From an uncultured Candidatus Saccharibacteria bacterium (GTDB lineage: Bacteria; Patescibacteriota; Minisyncoccia; UBA6257; UBA11618): a stretch of 58,233 nucleotides of DNA. Within the stretch, counting starts at the first letter, position 1; each line of letters starts with the position of its first letter. The position numbers and the translations under genes are program-made. Shown here piece after piece: positions 29,781-40,509 of the stretch. The notes beneath the pieces are model-generated. The model did not search any database, was not told the DNA's origin, and saw only the letters and a list, made by a program, of their open reading frames with translations. The stretch spans positions 1-58,233 of the forward strand of contig CAYJWP010000004.1 in the NCBI GenBank assembly GCA_964373915.1. The letters are read 5' to 3'.

Positions 29781-32700
29781 CTAACTGCTCTTGACCAAAG
29801 CTTTAGAGCCAGACGGTAAGGTCTTGACGTTAAAGCCGTTGTGCCAATCGGCAGAGGTAGCGCTGTGAGGAAGGACGCCGCGATCGCTCCAAACGAAGGA
29901 ATCGCCGTCATTCTCTTGAGCTACTCTACCAGCAGCAGCGTCATAGCCCGTCTCATCTCTCTTCAACTTGGTAACCAAGGAGGCGGAGGTGGAACCGACA
30001 GCAGAGACGTCAAGCAGTAAGGAGTAGGTCTTGGACTGACCGGCAGAAATTCTTTCTGGGGTTGTCAAAGCAATAACGCCTTCACCGCCTGTAGCCGCCA
30101 CAGTCTTTGTTGCTAAGCTCAAATCAGTACCGCTATATCTCAAAGTAATGGTGTTCGCCGTTAGGGTCGCACTGCTAAGAGAAGCGGTGAATTCGATTTG
30201 AGACCACTCAACGTCGCCGTTAGTGTCAGCTGCGATAGTAAACTTCAGAGCTTCAACTTCGCCAGCGGTCAAGACAGAGCTTGATGGGCTGGAAACAGTG
30301 ACGGTCGGAATAGTCTTGTACAATCTCTTGACGTTGGCCGCGCCAGCGCCGGTAAGAGTTGTTAATTGAGTAGTTCCGGCCACACCTTCAAAGTTGGCAG
30401 TAGAGATGTAGGCATTCAAGCTTGTGCCAGTGTTGGCACCGCCGGTAACGCCAGTTACATCAGCCATCAAAGCCCTAACTTCAAGTTGCTTGGTAGTATC
30501 GCCAGGAGCAGTAAAGAGGCCGTTGCGGTTTTCAAATTTCACCGCGCCGGCATCAGCGCCGCTACCAGCGGGCACGCCAGACATAAGCAGAGTGTTACCA
30601 TCATAAACTCGGATTTCTTTCACCTCTTCGTTCAACGCCGTGGTGGTCGTTGTGCCAGAGGTAGCAACACCAATCTTGATCTTAGTGACTTGCACCGCCG
30701 CATTAGCGGCAAAGAAGTCATACCTAGCCAGTAATCGCTCGCCATTGGCGGCAACTAAGCCAGCTTCAGTGTCTTGATCGGTAACCGCGTCAACCCGAAT
30801 AGTCGGAGCAGTGACAGTTACTTTAACAGCCGCTGTGTCGTTAACCGCACCAGTTAGAGACAGAGTGTTACCTTCAATATCTACCGCCGTTAAATCAGTG
30901 CTCAAATCAGCAAGACTAACGAAGTAGGCATTGGTAGCAGTGGCGTCTGTGGCTATAGAATCAGCCTTAACAACCACCTTCACAGTCGCGCCTTCCGGTA
31001 TGGTGTACTCAATATTGCTAAAGGTAGCAGTATTAAGACTGGAGGCGGTCGCGAAGTTTTGCTTGGTAGCTAACGATTGATCGCCGATAAAGATACCAAT
31101 GGTTCTCAAGTCATTAATCAACTGAGCATCAGTACCAGCATCACCGGCCGCAGAAGAAGCGGTAAGCTTCAAGCTGGTAATCTTAACCGGACCGTTAACA
31201 GCTTTCAAGTTAAAACCGAACAGAGATTCATTAAGCGTACCCTTGACCACATTGTGTGAGGCCGGAGTACCACTCAAAGTCACATCTAGACTGACAGCTT
31301 TAACCGTCTGGGTGTTACCAACAATGTCCGCGTTAGGAACGATATCGGCTTGAGCAACAAACTGATTGTTGTCCAAGTTCTTGATATCGCTGGCGCCAAT
31401 CTGGTTGAAAGTAACCTTAATGGAGTCGCTAGCATCGTTGTCAGGATCAACATCGGCCGTTACCAAGAACCTTCTTGATGTGCCGGCGGAAATGTTGATG
31501 AAGTCAGTGACAGAAGTATTACCATCAGCGGTAATATCGCTGGCACTGCTAACAGCCGCGCCGGTAGAAGCGTCAACAATCTTCCAATCGTTGAACCCCT
31601 CGCCAGTGCCAATGTTAGTGACATCATTGTTAAAGACCAGTTTCCTAATCTCAACATTGTTCTTAGCGGCAATAGTGAAGTCAAACAGAGTCACATCTTG
31701 AGCTTTAGCTGGGATGTCCCGAGTCGCTGGACCATTGAAAGTAACGGTCACCTCAGCGCCTCTTAATGTCAATACGTGGTGGTCGCTGGGGTCAGAGTCA
31801 AACGCAGTGCTTGTAACAGTCACTCCGTAACCATAAGTCGCGCCCGTCGCGTAGAAGTCATTAGTGACGTCCAAATAAAACTTGATAGTCTCATCTTTCT
31901 TCGCTAAAGGACCAATATCGCCGTAAACCTCAAAAGTCCTATTTTGTCCCTTTAAGATTTTAAACGGATTAGCCAACTCTAAGACATATAAGTCTCGGCC
32001 AACATGGCCTGCAACAGAGGCAACGGTTTGGCCAGCCTGCATCATTTTGACATTTGTTACGTTAGCAGAGTTGATGCTACCCGCCTGGGTAAGCACTACC
32101 CTCTTGACCCACAAATCTTCAGTTGCACCCGCAGTCACTTTAAACTCAGAAAGCTTAGCTCCCACCTGGCCAACCGTCGGGTTGGAAAGAGAGCTTTGTT
32201 TGGCAACAGTTACCGAGCCAACAGTAGCGCCGGCAATAACCATCTGGTTGCCCTTTAAGGGAACAGCCAACTCGTTGCCATTAACCTTTATCAAGTTAAA
32301 GGCGTTGATATTGCCGCCGGTAGCTGTAGCACTCATATCAGCCGCCAAGGTAAATGTCCTAGAACCATTAACAACTAGGTTAAGGTTAGTGAAATCTACC
32401 TCATGGGAGGTGGAGTTCAGGCTCTTGCCCGTGGTTAATCTGTTACTGCCCTCATAAACCTTTACACCGCTGCTAGCAAAGTCAGCCGTAGCTCCCAAAC
32501 CAACTCTCTTGAAGGTTAAGGAATTAAGCGTGCCATTGCCATAAACGGCAAATTTCATGTATGGGGCTTCAGCCGCGCCAATCGGGATATTAGAGCTCGG
32601 AACATTATCAGCCGCTAAAGCGAAAGATAATCCTGCCGCGCTAGGAATTACTGGAGATCCAGGAGCTGTCGGGACAGATACGGACGTAGCGGGAGCTCCC

Positions 32701-33191
32701 CCTAGCAAAGCGTTAACTTTTGCTCTTGTAGAAGCGCCAAAATAGCCAGTTCCTTTAGTCAAACCAACAGGCCCTAAAATATCAGACGCGTATTTGTCCT
32801 GAAACTTCGCAACAGCCGCTTTGGTCAAAGAACCAAAGTACTGCGATTCCTTTCCAGGAGAACCAGCGCCAGAAGAAGCGACTCTAGTGCTCGGATCAGC
32901 ATTCAAGAACATCTGCATGTACATAACGGCGGAACCAGTGCTACCAACAGTGAGGTTGTCGGTAAACTTGTATCCAGCCGGAATACCAGCAGTTGATCCA
33001 GAAGGAGCCGAAGTGCCTTGCAAAACGTCTAATTGAGAGGTCAACTGAGCGATTAACGCCTGAAGTTGAGAAATCTCGCTAGCGCTGCTTTGAGCTAAGG
33101 CAATAGGCATAAAAGCCGATGCTCCTGTGAGCCAAACAACAGTCGTTGTAGATAATGCAATCGAAGTAATCTTAGATATAGATTTACTCAT
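29781..33191 (-). CDS. Giant cell-surface (S-layer-like) protein with N-terminal peptidoglycan-binding domain and Thr/Ala/Ser/Val-rich beta-repeat body
   Basis: Signal peptide present. GSTGSAVMYMQMFLN...YFGSLTKAAVAKFQDKY...YFGASTRAKVNALL matches PG_binding_1. About 950 aa of low-complexity Ig-like beta segments follow. It has its own promoter and terminator. Confidence 0.8.
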   Translation of the reverse strand: MSKSISKITSIALSTTTVVWLTGASAFMPIALAQSSASEISQLQALIAQLTSQLDVLQGTSAPSGSTAGIPAGYKFTDNLTVGSTGSAVMYMQMFLNADPSTRVASSGAGSPGKESQYFGSLTKAAVAKFQDKYASDILGPVGLTKGTGYFGASTRAKVNALLGGAPATSVSVPTAPGSPVIPSAAGLSFALAADNVPSSNIPIGAAEAPYMKFAVYGNGTLNSLTFKRVGLGATADFASSGVKVYEGSNRLTTGKSLNSTSHEVDFTNLNLVVNGSRTFTLAADMSATATGGNINAFNLIKVNGNELAVPLKGNQMVIAGATVGSVTVAKQSSLSNPTVGQVGAKLSEFKVTAGATEDLWVKRVVLTQAGSINSANVTNVKMMQAGQTVASVAGHVGRDLYVLELANPFKILKGQNRTFEVYGDIGPLAKKDETIKFYLDVTNDFYATGATYGYGVTVTSTAFDSDPSDHHVLTLRGAEVTVTFNGPATRDIPAKAQDVTLFDFTIAAKNNVEIRKLVFNNDVTNIGTGEGFNDWKIVDASTGAAVSSASDITADGNTSVTDFINISAGTSRRFLVTADVDPDNDASDSIKVTFNQIGASDIKNLDNNQFVAQADIVPNADIVGNTQTVKAVSLDVTLSGTPASHNVVKGTLNESLFGFNLKAVNGPVKITSLKLTASSAAGDAGTDAQLINDLRTIGIFIGDQSLATKQNFATASSLNTATFSNIEYTIPEGATVKVVVKADSIATDATATNAYFVSLADLSTDLTAVDIEGNTLSLTGAVNDTAAVKVTVTAPTIRVDAVTDQDTEAGLVAANGERLLARYDFFAANAAVQVTKIKIGVATSGTTTTTALNEEVKEIRVYDGNTLLMSGVPAGSGADAGAVKFENRNGLFTAPGDTTKQLEVRALMADVTGVTGGANTGTSLNAYISTANFEGVAGTTQLTTLTGAGAANVKRLYKTIPTVTVSSPSSSVLTAGEVEALKFTIAADTNGDVEWSQIEFTASLSSATLTANTITLRYSGTDLSLATKTVAATGGEGVIALTTPERISAGQSKTYSLLLDVSAVGSTSASLVTKLKRDETGYDAAAGRVAQENDGDSFVWSDRGVLPHSATSADWHNGFNVKTLPSGSKALVKSS

Positions 33192-33360
33192 TTATAAATT
33201 ATTATTTTTTATACGACTTTGTAATTTTATAATTTGCCATATTACCTTAATTCTTCATCGACCTTGTTCAAATAAAGGTAATCGCTAATAACAAAAAATC
33301 CGACAGAGTCGGAGGCCAAACCAAAAAACATAGGCTCAGGCCTCACTCTGAACCATCTAT

Positions 33361-33381
33361 TCCGGATAATTGCTATCCGGA
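33361..33381. promoter_or_regulatory. Perfect 8-N5-8 palindrome at the predicted transcription start of the surface-protein gene (operator or 5' stem-loop)
   Basis: TCCGGATA-attgc-TATCCGGA, starting 2 nt downstream of the -10 element. Confidence 0.4.
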
Positions 33382-33382
33382 C

Positions 33383-33411
33383 ATACTATATTAATGTAGC
33401 TGGAATGTCAA
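33383..33411 (-). promoter_or_regulatory. Sigma70-type promoter of the surface-protein gene
   Basis: Minus strand reads TTGACA-N17-TAGTAT. This leaves a roughly 185-nt AT-rich 5' UTR without an SD. Confidence 0.5.
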
Positions 33412-33476
33412 TAAAGACAGCTAAACACAGAAAAATCTGGGGTTCTACTAAAGGAAACGAAAAAAGGCTTACTTTA

Positions 33477-34028
33477 TTACGATTTTACGAAGTAAGTAGT
33501 CCCCGGACCGCTGTCTCCTACTCTAGCAATTAAATTCTGATTGATAAGTTTCTGAAGATCATAGCGCAAAGTTCTTTCGCTGACCTCGGGAAAACTGGAT
33601 GTTAAATCCTTTAATTGACATCCTTCGCCATCTTTTTGCCGGATTTTTTCTATAATTGCCGATTGCCGGATTAGAGGTTTAACCCCGTTTTCATTATCAT
33701 TTTCATCACTTTCACTAAATATAGTTGATAAATCCGGCAATTTGTCTAAGCCATATGTTTGCCGGATTTCCGAATCGACTGTGGATAACTCCTTAATAAT
33801 TAAACCGGCGTTTATGGGCTCTATTTCAAAAATTAACTGGCTAAAATTTATAAAAGATTTAAGAACCTTAATAGTCTTCAGAGATTTTTCAAAATCTCCA
33901 AAAGAAACATCCTCCAACAACTCCAAAGACCACCTCTCCAGCTTAGACCTTAAATCAGATCTTCTAACATAAACAGCGGACCTCAAAATAGAATAAGCCA
34001 GCTCCCTTGCTTTGTGCTCCAGAAACAT
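33477..34028 (-). CDS. Putative transcriptional regulator: N-terminal helical bundle + C-terminal DeoR-type winged HTH
   Basis: The C-terminus CQLKDLTSSFPEVSERTLRYDLQKLINQNLIARVG resembles HTH_DeoR. The N-terminal ~90 aa is predicted all-helical. Confidence 0.6.
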   Translation of the reverse strand: MFLEHKARELAYSILRSAVYVRRSDLRSKLERWSLELLEDVSFGDFEKSLKTIKVLKSFINFSQLIFEIEPINAGLIIKELSTVDSEIRQTYGLDKLPDLSTIFSESDENDNENGVKPLIRQSAIIEKIRQKDGEGCQLKDLTSSFPEVSERTLRYDLQKLINQNLIARVGDSGPGTTYFVKS

Positions 34029-34068
34029 TTCCTACCAGTGTAAAAATGTTTTAGTATATTGTCAAAGT

Positions 34069-35907
34069 ATGGCTAGGTATTTTTATAGAATTTCACAAAT
34101 ATTTATTTATATTGCTCTCGTCAGCTTAATTCTCATCAACAAATCCCTTTTTTATCCTTTTATATCCGGTAAGATTATTTGGTTCCGAACAGCGGTGGAG
34201 ATATCATTGGCTTGTTTTTTAATATTTTTAATATTAAACAAAAATTATTGGCAGAAAATCAAAAGCCGGTTGTTCCATCCAGTAAGCTCGGCGGTGATAG
34301 TTTTCACTATTATCTTCCTTGCAACTTCTTTTTTGGGCATTAACCCCCAAAATAGTTTTTGGTCAAACTTTGAGAGAGGCGAGGGAGGGTTTCAAATTAT
34401 CCACTACGCTTTATTTTTTCTCTTAACTTGCGTTCTTTTCCAAACCAAATCCGACTGGCGCCGCCTCTTTTACTTCTTATTTTTCATCACTTTTCTAGTA
34501 ATGCTTTATGCCACAGGCCAAATCCTCTCTCTGGATTGGTTTATAGCAAAAAATCTGACCCCATCAGGAACTTTTGGCAATGCTTCCTATCTAGGAAGCT
34601 TTCTTTCCATCGCCTTCTTTTTTCTTTTTTGGACACTAATTGGCAACAAATCAAGAATAACTCAGATAATGTTGGGAGGATTGTTCCTGATGATGGTTTA
34701 CGTTTTTTATAAATCAGACACCTCGGCCGCCCTGGGCGCCTTGCTTATAGGGTCGACGGTTATCTTCTTTTCAACCTTTTGGCGTAAATCAAACTGGCAC
34801 AAGATAATTATCTTACTAGCAATTGTCGTTTTCTTAAACACTTCTTTCTTTTTAGTGTGGAAATCAAAAAATGGAGAAGTTGTCAATTCTCTCCAGCCTC
34901 GTTTGTGGACCTGGGGTTCAGCTCTGGCTGGCTTTATGGAAAAACCGATTTTGGGTTGGGGAGCGGAAAATTTTCCCTATGTTTTTGATAAATACTACAA
35001 TGCCAACCACTTCGGCAAAGAAACTTGGTTTGACAGAACGCACAACATTCTCCTTGAGTATTTGGTAGCTGGCGGAATAATATTACTCCTCTCCTATCTT
35101 CTGATATTCTTTTTTTACTTTAAATATCTTTTCAAAATAAAGGGGCGGGGATTGGAGTGGAATTTATTTCTGGTCGTTCCCTTGGTCTATTTAATTCAGG
35201 GCTTGACTCTTTTTGAAACTCTGCCTATTTATATATCTCTCTTCCTTTTTTTGGCTTTGTTTATAAATTATTCGCTGGAATTTCAAGGCAATCAGCCGGA
35301 ATTTAAAGACACTGCTTATAAAATAATCACGCCTGTGGCTTTATTAACGATTCTTCTTGCCTCATTATTTTTTACCAGCTACCTTCCTCTAAAAAAAAAT
35401 AAATTGACTATTAGCGCCTCTGATACCAGCGGTAAACCTCTGGAAGAAATATACTCTCAATTCTCCAAAGCGTTAGTTTTTTACTCTCCTGTCGGGCAGG
35501 AAGAGTTAAAGAACAGCCTCTTTTTTACAACCTACAATATCTTTAGCTTCATCCAAAAAGAAAAATCTCCTCTGGGTAATAACAAAGAATTTATCGGAAA
35601 TATCATCACCTTTAATCGGCAATGGTTTGAAAAAAACCGTTCTAATTACTTCGGCGTAAAAAATCTTTATGCCTTTACCTCTACTCTACTCAAAGCTTTT
35701 GAAATCACTGATGATAAAAAATACTTATCCGAAGCTAAGGAATTGGTTGAACGAGGAGTGAAGCTGGCTCCCAGCCGGCTGGAGTTTATTAAACAACAGA
35801 TGATTATTGCTCGGATAGAGAAAGATAATCAGGCGCTAAAAAACCTGGAGTTAAAACTAAACAAGCTAAGGCCTGATATTATTCACGTTGTTACAGAGTC
35901 CAACTAG
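34069..35907 (+). CDS. Second Wzy_C (O-antigen ligase-like) membrane protein, paralog of 27520..29652
   Basis: GWGAENFPYVFDKYYNANHFGKETWFDRTHN parallels the motif in the other protein. Polytopic, with a helical C-terminal domain. Start at ATG 34069 (MARYFYR). Confidence 0.75.
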   Translation: MARYFYRISQIFIYIALVSLILINKSLFYPFISGKIIWFRTAVEISLACFLIFLILNKNYWQKIKSRLFHPVSSAVIVFTIIFLATSFLGINPQNSFWSNFERGEGGFQIIHYALFFLLTCVLFQTKSDWRRLFYFLFFITFLVMLYATGQILSLDWFIAKNLTPSGTFGNASYLGSFLSIAFFFLFWTLIGNKSRITQIMLGGLFLMMVYVFYKSDTSAALGALLIGSTVIFFSTFWRKSNWHKIIILLAIVVFLNTSFFLVWKSKNGEVVNSLQPRLWTWGSALAGFMEKPILGWGAENFPYVFDKYYNANHFGKETWFDRTHNILLEYLVAGGIILLLSYLLIFFFYFKYLFKIKGRGLEWNLFLVVPLVYLIQGLTLFETLPIYISLFLFLALFINYSLEFQGNQPEFKDTAYKIITPVALLTILLASLFFTSYLPLKKNKLTISASDTSGKPLEEIYSQFSKALVFYSPVGQEELKNSLFFTTYNIFSFIQKEKSPLGNNKEFIGNIITFNRQWFEKNRSNYFGVKNLYAFTSTLLKAFEITDDKKYLSEAKELVERGVKLAPSRLEFIKQQMIIARIEKDNQALKNLELKLNKLRPDIIHVVTESN

Positions 35908-36583
35908 AAGTTAAAAAGATTATTGCCAGTAAAAATAGAAAAACGCCGATATCTTTGATTAACAGCCGGCGATTGATATTTTTTTGGTGGTAATTAGCTA
36001 ATAAATCCAGCAGTAAAAGTATTGATAAGATAACCAGATTAGAGGAGTTTAAAAAGCCTATCGGCAGCCAATTAACCACCCAAAGCAGTTGGCTAATAAT
36101 AAAAACAACAACCAAGATGAAAACTGGCGGCAAAACGGCCGTAAACAACTCCCTTACTAAAATAAATATTAATCCTGCGAACAAAAGCCAGCTAAGGAAA
36201 AACCACTGTGATTTATCCACTATAAAATAACTAATCAGCAAGAGATAAATCAAAGAAATTATCAGGATGGCGTGCCATTTTTTCCGATTTACCAATACCA
36301 TATTTTTCACTCCCAAGATTATAAAAAACAAAAAGGAAAAAAAGGCCGCCAAAAAAATCCGCAGAAGAAAAATATCAGCCCCCGCCATCCACAAAGCTAA
36401 AAATAAAAAAACCGCAAATGAATAAAAGAAAGTGAAAGCGTTTAGCAGAGGCCGAAAGTAAAGCCACAATGCCGCCACCAAAAAAGCCCAAGGCGACCAG
36501 AGTAAAGCAAGACCGGAAATAAAGACCTTAAACGCTAATTGAAATATCTGATTGTTTAAAACTAATTTTAGCCCTGCCGCCAT
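35891..36583 (-). CDS. Polytopic membrane protein, unknown function
   Basis: 230-aa ORF with 6-7 hydrophobic helices. The track start overlaps the clpB 3' end by 56 nt, so the true start is probably an internal TTG/GTG. Confidence 0.5.
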   Translation of the reverse strand: MAAGLKLVLNNQIFQLAFKVFISGLALLWSPWAFLVAALWLYFRPLLNAFTFFYSFAVFLFLALWMAGADIFLLRIFLAAFFSFLFFIILGVKNMVLVNRKKWHAILIISLIYLLLISYFIVDKSQWFFLSWLLFAGLIFILVRELFTAVLPPVFILVVVFIISQLLWVVNWLPIGFLNSSNLVILSILLLLDLLANYHQKNINRRLLIKDIGVFLFLLAIIFLTSSWTL

Positions 36584-39167
36584 CTTTAAGCTGTCCCCTA
36601 ATTATCTTATCCGCCAACTTATCCATAATCACCTTCTGAATCAAACGCCTTATGGGACGGACGCCATAATCGGAGCTGAAGCCGTTGTCCACAATATACT
36701 TTTTGGCAGAATTATCAATAGCCACTTTTATGTTCTTGGCGGCTAATAGTTGTTTAACTTTAATTAATTGGATATCAACAATCTTCTCAATTTCTTTACG
36801 CCGCAAAGAATTAAAGACGATTATATCGTCAAGGCGGTTTAAAAATTCCGGCCTGAATTTTTCCCGCAAAGATTGGATGACAATCTCCTTAAATTCCGCC
36901 TCCTTGTTTTTTAAACTATCATCTTCAGAAGCCGTCAGGCTAAAACCCAGATTATTAATCTCCTTAAAATGTTGGCTGCCCACATTAGAGGTCAAAATAA
37001 TGATAGAGTTCTTAAAATTTATTACCTTGCCCTTGTTGTCGGTTAATCGGCCATTATCTAAAACCTGAAGCAAAATATTGAAGACCTCAGGGTGGGCCTT
37101 TTCTATCTCATCAAACAAAATCAAACTGTAAGGCCGATGGCGGACAACCTCCGTCAACTGGCCGCCCTCGTCAAAACCAACATAGCCCGGAGGAGAGCCT
37201 ATCAGCCGTGAAACGGCATGCCGCTCCATATACTCAGACATATCTATCCTTATCAAAGCTTTTTCATCATTAAACATAAACTCTGCCAATGTTTTAGCTA
37301 GCTCTGTTTTTCCCACGCCCGTGGGGCCTAAAAACATAAAAGAGCCCAGCGGCCGACTGTCGTCGGCAAGCCCTGCCCGGCTTCTCCGTAAAGCATTTGC
37401 AATAACATTAATAGCCTCTCTCTGGCCGACCACACGCTTTTCCAAAACATCCTCTATTCTTGATAATTTATCCGCCTCGGTTTCCAACATCCTGTTAACC
37501 GGAATACCGGTCCAGCGGGAAACAACGGTGGCTACATCTTCCTCGTCTACCGCTTCCTTCAAAAATCTGTCCCCTTCTTTATTCTTAGAGCGATTGGCAT
37601 ATTTCTTTTCAAAACTTTTGTATTCTTTTTCCGCCGCCGGCAACTGGCCATAGAGAATTTGGGCAACCTCCTCCAAACTGCCCTTTCTTTCAGCTAACTC
37701 CGCCTGCCGCTTCAGGTCGTCCAACTTCCTCCGTAAATTATGCAAATCCTCAAAAGCGATTTTTTCGGCATGCCAAGCGCTGGAAAGTTCGTCATTTCTC
37801 TCCTTAAAGCCAGCTAATTGTTTATCAATTTCTGCTAACCGCGCCTTGTTTTTTTCTCCGCCCTCGCTTAATAAAGCGGAACGCTCAATTTCTAAACGAG
37901 TTATCTCCCTTCTCACCTTGTCTATCTCTCTCGGCAAGCTCTCCGTCTCCAAACGCCGAGCTGCCGCTGCCTCATCCATTAAATCTACCGCCTTGTCCGG
38001 TAAAAACCTGTCAGTAATATAGCGGGCTGATAAATTTACCGCCGCCACCAACGCCTCATCGCTGATTCTTAAACCGTGATGAATTTCATATCTCTCTTTA
38101 AGGCCTCTTAAAATAGCAATCGCATCTTCAATATTTGGCTCTTCAACTAAAATCGGCTGGAAGCGCCTCTCTAAAGCGGCATCTTTTTCTATATAACGCT
38201 GGTATTCTCTTAAAGTAGTGGCGCCTATGGCCCTTAACTCCCCTCTTGCCAAAGAAGGCTTTAATAAATTAGAAGCGTCAATAGCCCCCTCGGCCGCGCC
38301 GGCTCCTACGATAGTGTGCAATTCATCAATAAAAAGAATAATGCGGCCAGAAGAATTAATCACCTCTTTGATAAAAGCTTTGAGCCGATCCTCAAACTCG
38401 CCTCTGAATTTGGTGCCGGCAATCAAAGAACCGATGTCCAACATAATCACCTCCTTATCTTTAAGAGTTTCGGGCACATCTCCGGCAATAATCCTTTGAG
38501 CTAATCCTTCCACAATCGCCGTCTTTCCCACTCCCGGCTCTCCAATTAAAACCGGATTATTTTTAGTGCGGCGAGAAAGTACCTGGACCAGCCGCCTCAA
38601 CTCCTCGCTTCTGCCAACCACCGGATCAAGCTTACTGCCTCTGGCCTGCTGGGTAAGATTAACCGCATATTTTTCTAAAACCTGGAACTTGCTCTCCGGC
38701 ATCTCATCGGTCACTCGCATTGATCCTCGAAGCTGGGCCAATGTTCTTAGTAAAGTCTCCCGCCGCACGCCAAACCTCTCCAGAATATCATTGGCGCTGG
38801 AAGCGGTGTCCACAACACTTAGCAATAAATGCTCGCAAGAAATGAACTCGTCTCTTTGCGTCAAAGCAATTTTTGCCGCCCGATCCAGAGTCTTAATAAT
38901 TTCTTGCGACAGATAAAGCTGGCCGACATTGCTATTGGCAAGAATTTTAGGCATGCGATTCATTTCCATCTCCAACTCCTGATTGAGCGCCTCCAAATTA
39001 ACTCCCGCCTTTAATAACATGGGCTGGACCAACGATTGGCCATCGCTGATAAGGCTGGCTAAGAGATGGATGGCTTTAAACTCGCCATGATTTCTCTGCG
39101 CGGCTAAATCCTGAGAATTTTGCAAAGCCTCTTGGGCCTTAATAGTAAAACGATGAAATGATTTCAT
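36528..39167 (-). CDS. clpB: ATP-dependent chaperone/disaggregase ClpB
   Basis: 879 aa. Clp N domain, two Walker A motifs ([16 protein letters not shown]), a long coiled-coil middle domain, and [10 protein letters not shown]. Confidence 0.95.
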   Translation of the reverse strand: MKSFHRFTIKAQEALQNSQDLAAQRNHGEFKAIHLLASLISDGQSLVQPMLLKAGVNLEALNQELEMEMNRMPKILANSNVGQLYLSQEIIKTLDRAAKIALTQRDEFISCEHLLLSVVDTASSANDILERFGVRRETLLRTLAQLRGSMRVTDEMPESKFQVLEKYAVNLTQQARGSKLDPVVGRSEELRRLVQVLSRRTKNNPVLIGEPGVGKTAIVEGLAQRIIAGDVPETLKDKEVIMLDIGSLIAGTKFRGEFEDRLKAFIKEVINSSGRIILFIDELHTIVGAGAAEGAIDASNLLKPSLARGELRAIGATTLREYQRYIEKDAALERRFQPILVEEPNIEDAIAILRGLKERYEIHHGLRISDEALVAAVNLSARYITDRFLPDKAVDLMDEAAAARRLETESLPREIDKVRREITRLEIERSALLSEGGEKNKARLAEIDKQLAGFKERNDELSSAWHAEKIAFEDLHNLRRKLDDLKRQAELAERKGSLEEVAQILYGQLPAAEKEYKSFEKKYANRSKNKEGDRFLKEAVDEEDVATVVSRWTGIPVNRMLETEADKLSRIEDVLEKRVVGQREAINVIANALRRSRAGLADDSRPLGSFMFLGPTGVGKTELAKTLAEFMFNDEKALIRIDMSEYMERHAVSRLIGSPPGYVGFDEGGQLTEVVRHRPYSLILFDEIEKAHPEVFNILLQVLDNGRLTDNKGKVINFKNSIIILTSNVGSQHFKEINNLGFSLTASEDDSLKNKEAEFKEIVIQSLREKFRPEFLNRLDDIIVFNSLRRKEIEKIVDIQLIKVKQLLAAKNIKVAIDNSAKKYIVDNGFSSDYGVRPIRRLIQKVIMDKLADKIIRGQLKDGGRAKISFKQSDISISV

Positions 39168-39189
39168 ACGATATACAATTTTCGCTCAT

Positions 39190-39218
39190 ATTCTAAGATA
39201 AAAACTCACAAAAGTCAA
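39190..39218 (-). promoter_or_regulatory. Candidate clpB promoter
   Basis: Minus strand reads TTGACT-N17-TAGAAT, 22 nt upstream of ATG 39167. I saw no CIRCE-like inverted repeat. Confidence 0.45.
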
Positions 39219-39258
39219 TAAAATTACCTTCATTTTATTCTATCATATCTTTTAAGAC

Positions 39259-40419
39259 TTAATTACTTCCAAATCTTTTCTTAAAAACATCTAAAACAAA
39301 GTCTATTTCCTTCTTGGTTGTTTGGCGTCCCAAGGAAAATCTTAAACTGCTGTACGGCCGGTCGCCGCTATAACCCAAAGATTCAATCACATAAGAAGGC
39401 TTGACGCTTCTGGCCGAGCAGGCCATTCCCGAAGAAACCGCCACTCCCATCAAATCAAGTTCTATTAATAAATCCTGCGCCGGCCTGCCGGGAAAATAAA
39501 TATTCAGATTGTTAGGCAAACGTTTTTCCAGAGAACCGTTAAGCTCAACATTGGGCAGTATTTTTTTTATTCCCTGCCATAAATAATTGCGCAAAAATCC
39601 TACTCTTTTAGCTTCTTTAATCCGCGTTTTTTCCGCCAACTCCACCGCCACGCCAAAAGCAATTATATAAGGAGTATTTTCCGTCCCTCCCCGCAAGCCA
39701 TACTCCTGCAAACTGCTTCCGCTTATCAAGGGACTGAGCAAACCCTTGTCCCTGGTATAAAGAATGCCTATGCCCTTTGGCCCATAAATCTTATGGGCGG
39801 AAAGGGTCATAAAATCAACTCCTATTTTCTCAACATCGCACCGCAAATATTGAAAGGCCTGGACGGCATCGGAGTGGAAAAGGGGATAAATATTATTTCC
39901 TCGAAAATCTTTAATAATTTTTGCTACGCCCTCAATTGGCTGAATAGTTCCAATCTCGCTGTTGGCATACATTACTGAAACCAAAATCGTATTTTTATTT
40001 AGGGAAGATTTTAGTTTTTTAACATCAATTATCCCCTCGCGGCTTATGGGGATATAGACAACTTCCGCGCCGTAATGCCCCTCCAAATCGCGGCACGCCT
40101 CCATCACCGATTGATGCTCAAAAGCGGAAACAACCACCCTCGCTGGTTTCTTGTTTTTAACATTTTTAACAACGGCGCCTTTCAGTGCCAAACTATTGGC
40201 CTCGCTCGCCGAACCGGTAAAAATTATATCTTTATAATCGGCGCCGATCGCCGCCGCAATCTTCCGCCTCGCCTCATAAACCGCCGCCGACGCCTCCTGC
40301 CCAAACCAATGAGCCGAACCCGGATTGCCGAATTTTTGGGAAAAATAAGGCTTGGTCGCCCTTATCGCCTCCGGAGCCATCGGCGTGGAAGCGGCATAGT
40401 CCAAATAGACCCTTTTCAT
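39259..40419 (-). CDS. Cysteine desulfurase (NifS/IscS class V aminotransferase)
   Basis: Contains YLDYAASTP, SAHKIYGPKGIGILY (PLP lysine) and SSGMACS (catalytic Cys loop). Confidence 0.9.
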   Translation of the reverse strand: MKRVYLDYAASTPMAPEAIRATKPYFSQKFGNPGSAHWFGQEASAAVYEARRKIAAAIGADYKDIIFTGSASEANSLALKGAVVKNVKNKKPARVVVSAFEHQSVMEACRDLEGHYGAEVVYIPISREGIIDVKKLKSSLNKNTILVSVMYANSEIGTIQPIEGVAKIIKDFRGNNIYPLFHSDAVQAFQYLRCDVEKIGVDFMTLSAHKIYGPKGIGILYTRDKGLLSPLISGSSLQEYGLRGGTENTPYIIAFGVAVELAEKTRIKEAKRVGFLRNYLWQGIKKILPNVELNGSLEKRLPNNLNIYFPGRPAQDLLIELDLMGVAVSSGMACSARSVKPSYVIESLGYSGDRPYSSLRFSLGRQTTKKEIDFVLDVFKKRFGSN

Positions 40420-40461
40420 AACAATAAAATATAATATCGGTTGACGAATTAAGCAATTATA

Positions 40462-40497
40462 TAAAAACCCCCGTCCGCCAAGTGGCAGACGGGGGGC
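40462..40497 (-). terminator. Intrinsic terminator after the Gly/His-rich protein gene
   Basis: Minus strand reads CCCCCCGTCTGCC-ACTT-GGCGGACGGGGG followed by TTTTTAT. The sequence is related to the terminator at 29692..29727. Confidence 0.7.
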
Positions 40498-40509
40498 TTA
40501 GCCAAGCAG

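Noticed and set aside
29781-33191. Diversity-generating retroelement target / template-repeat pair, or retron
   Set aside because: I looked for a reverse-transcriptase ORF (YxDD-type motif) and for a near-identical non-coding copy of any 3' coding segment. I found neither in the window. The protein's internal repeats are divergent at the DNA level.
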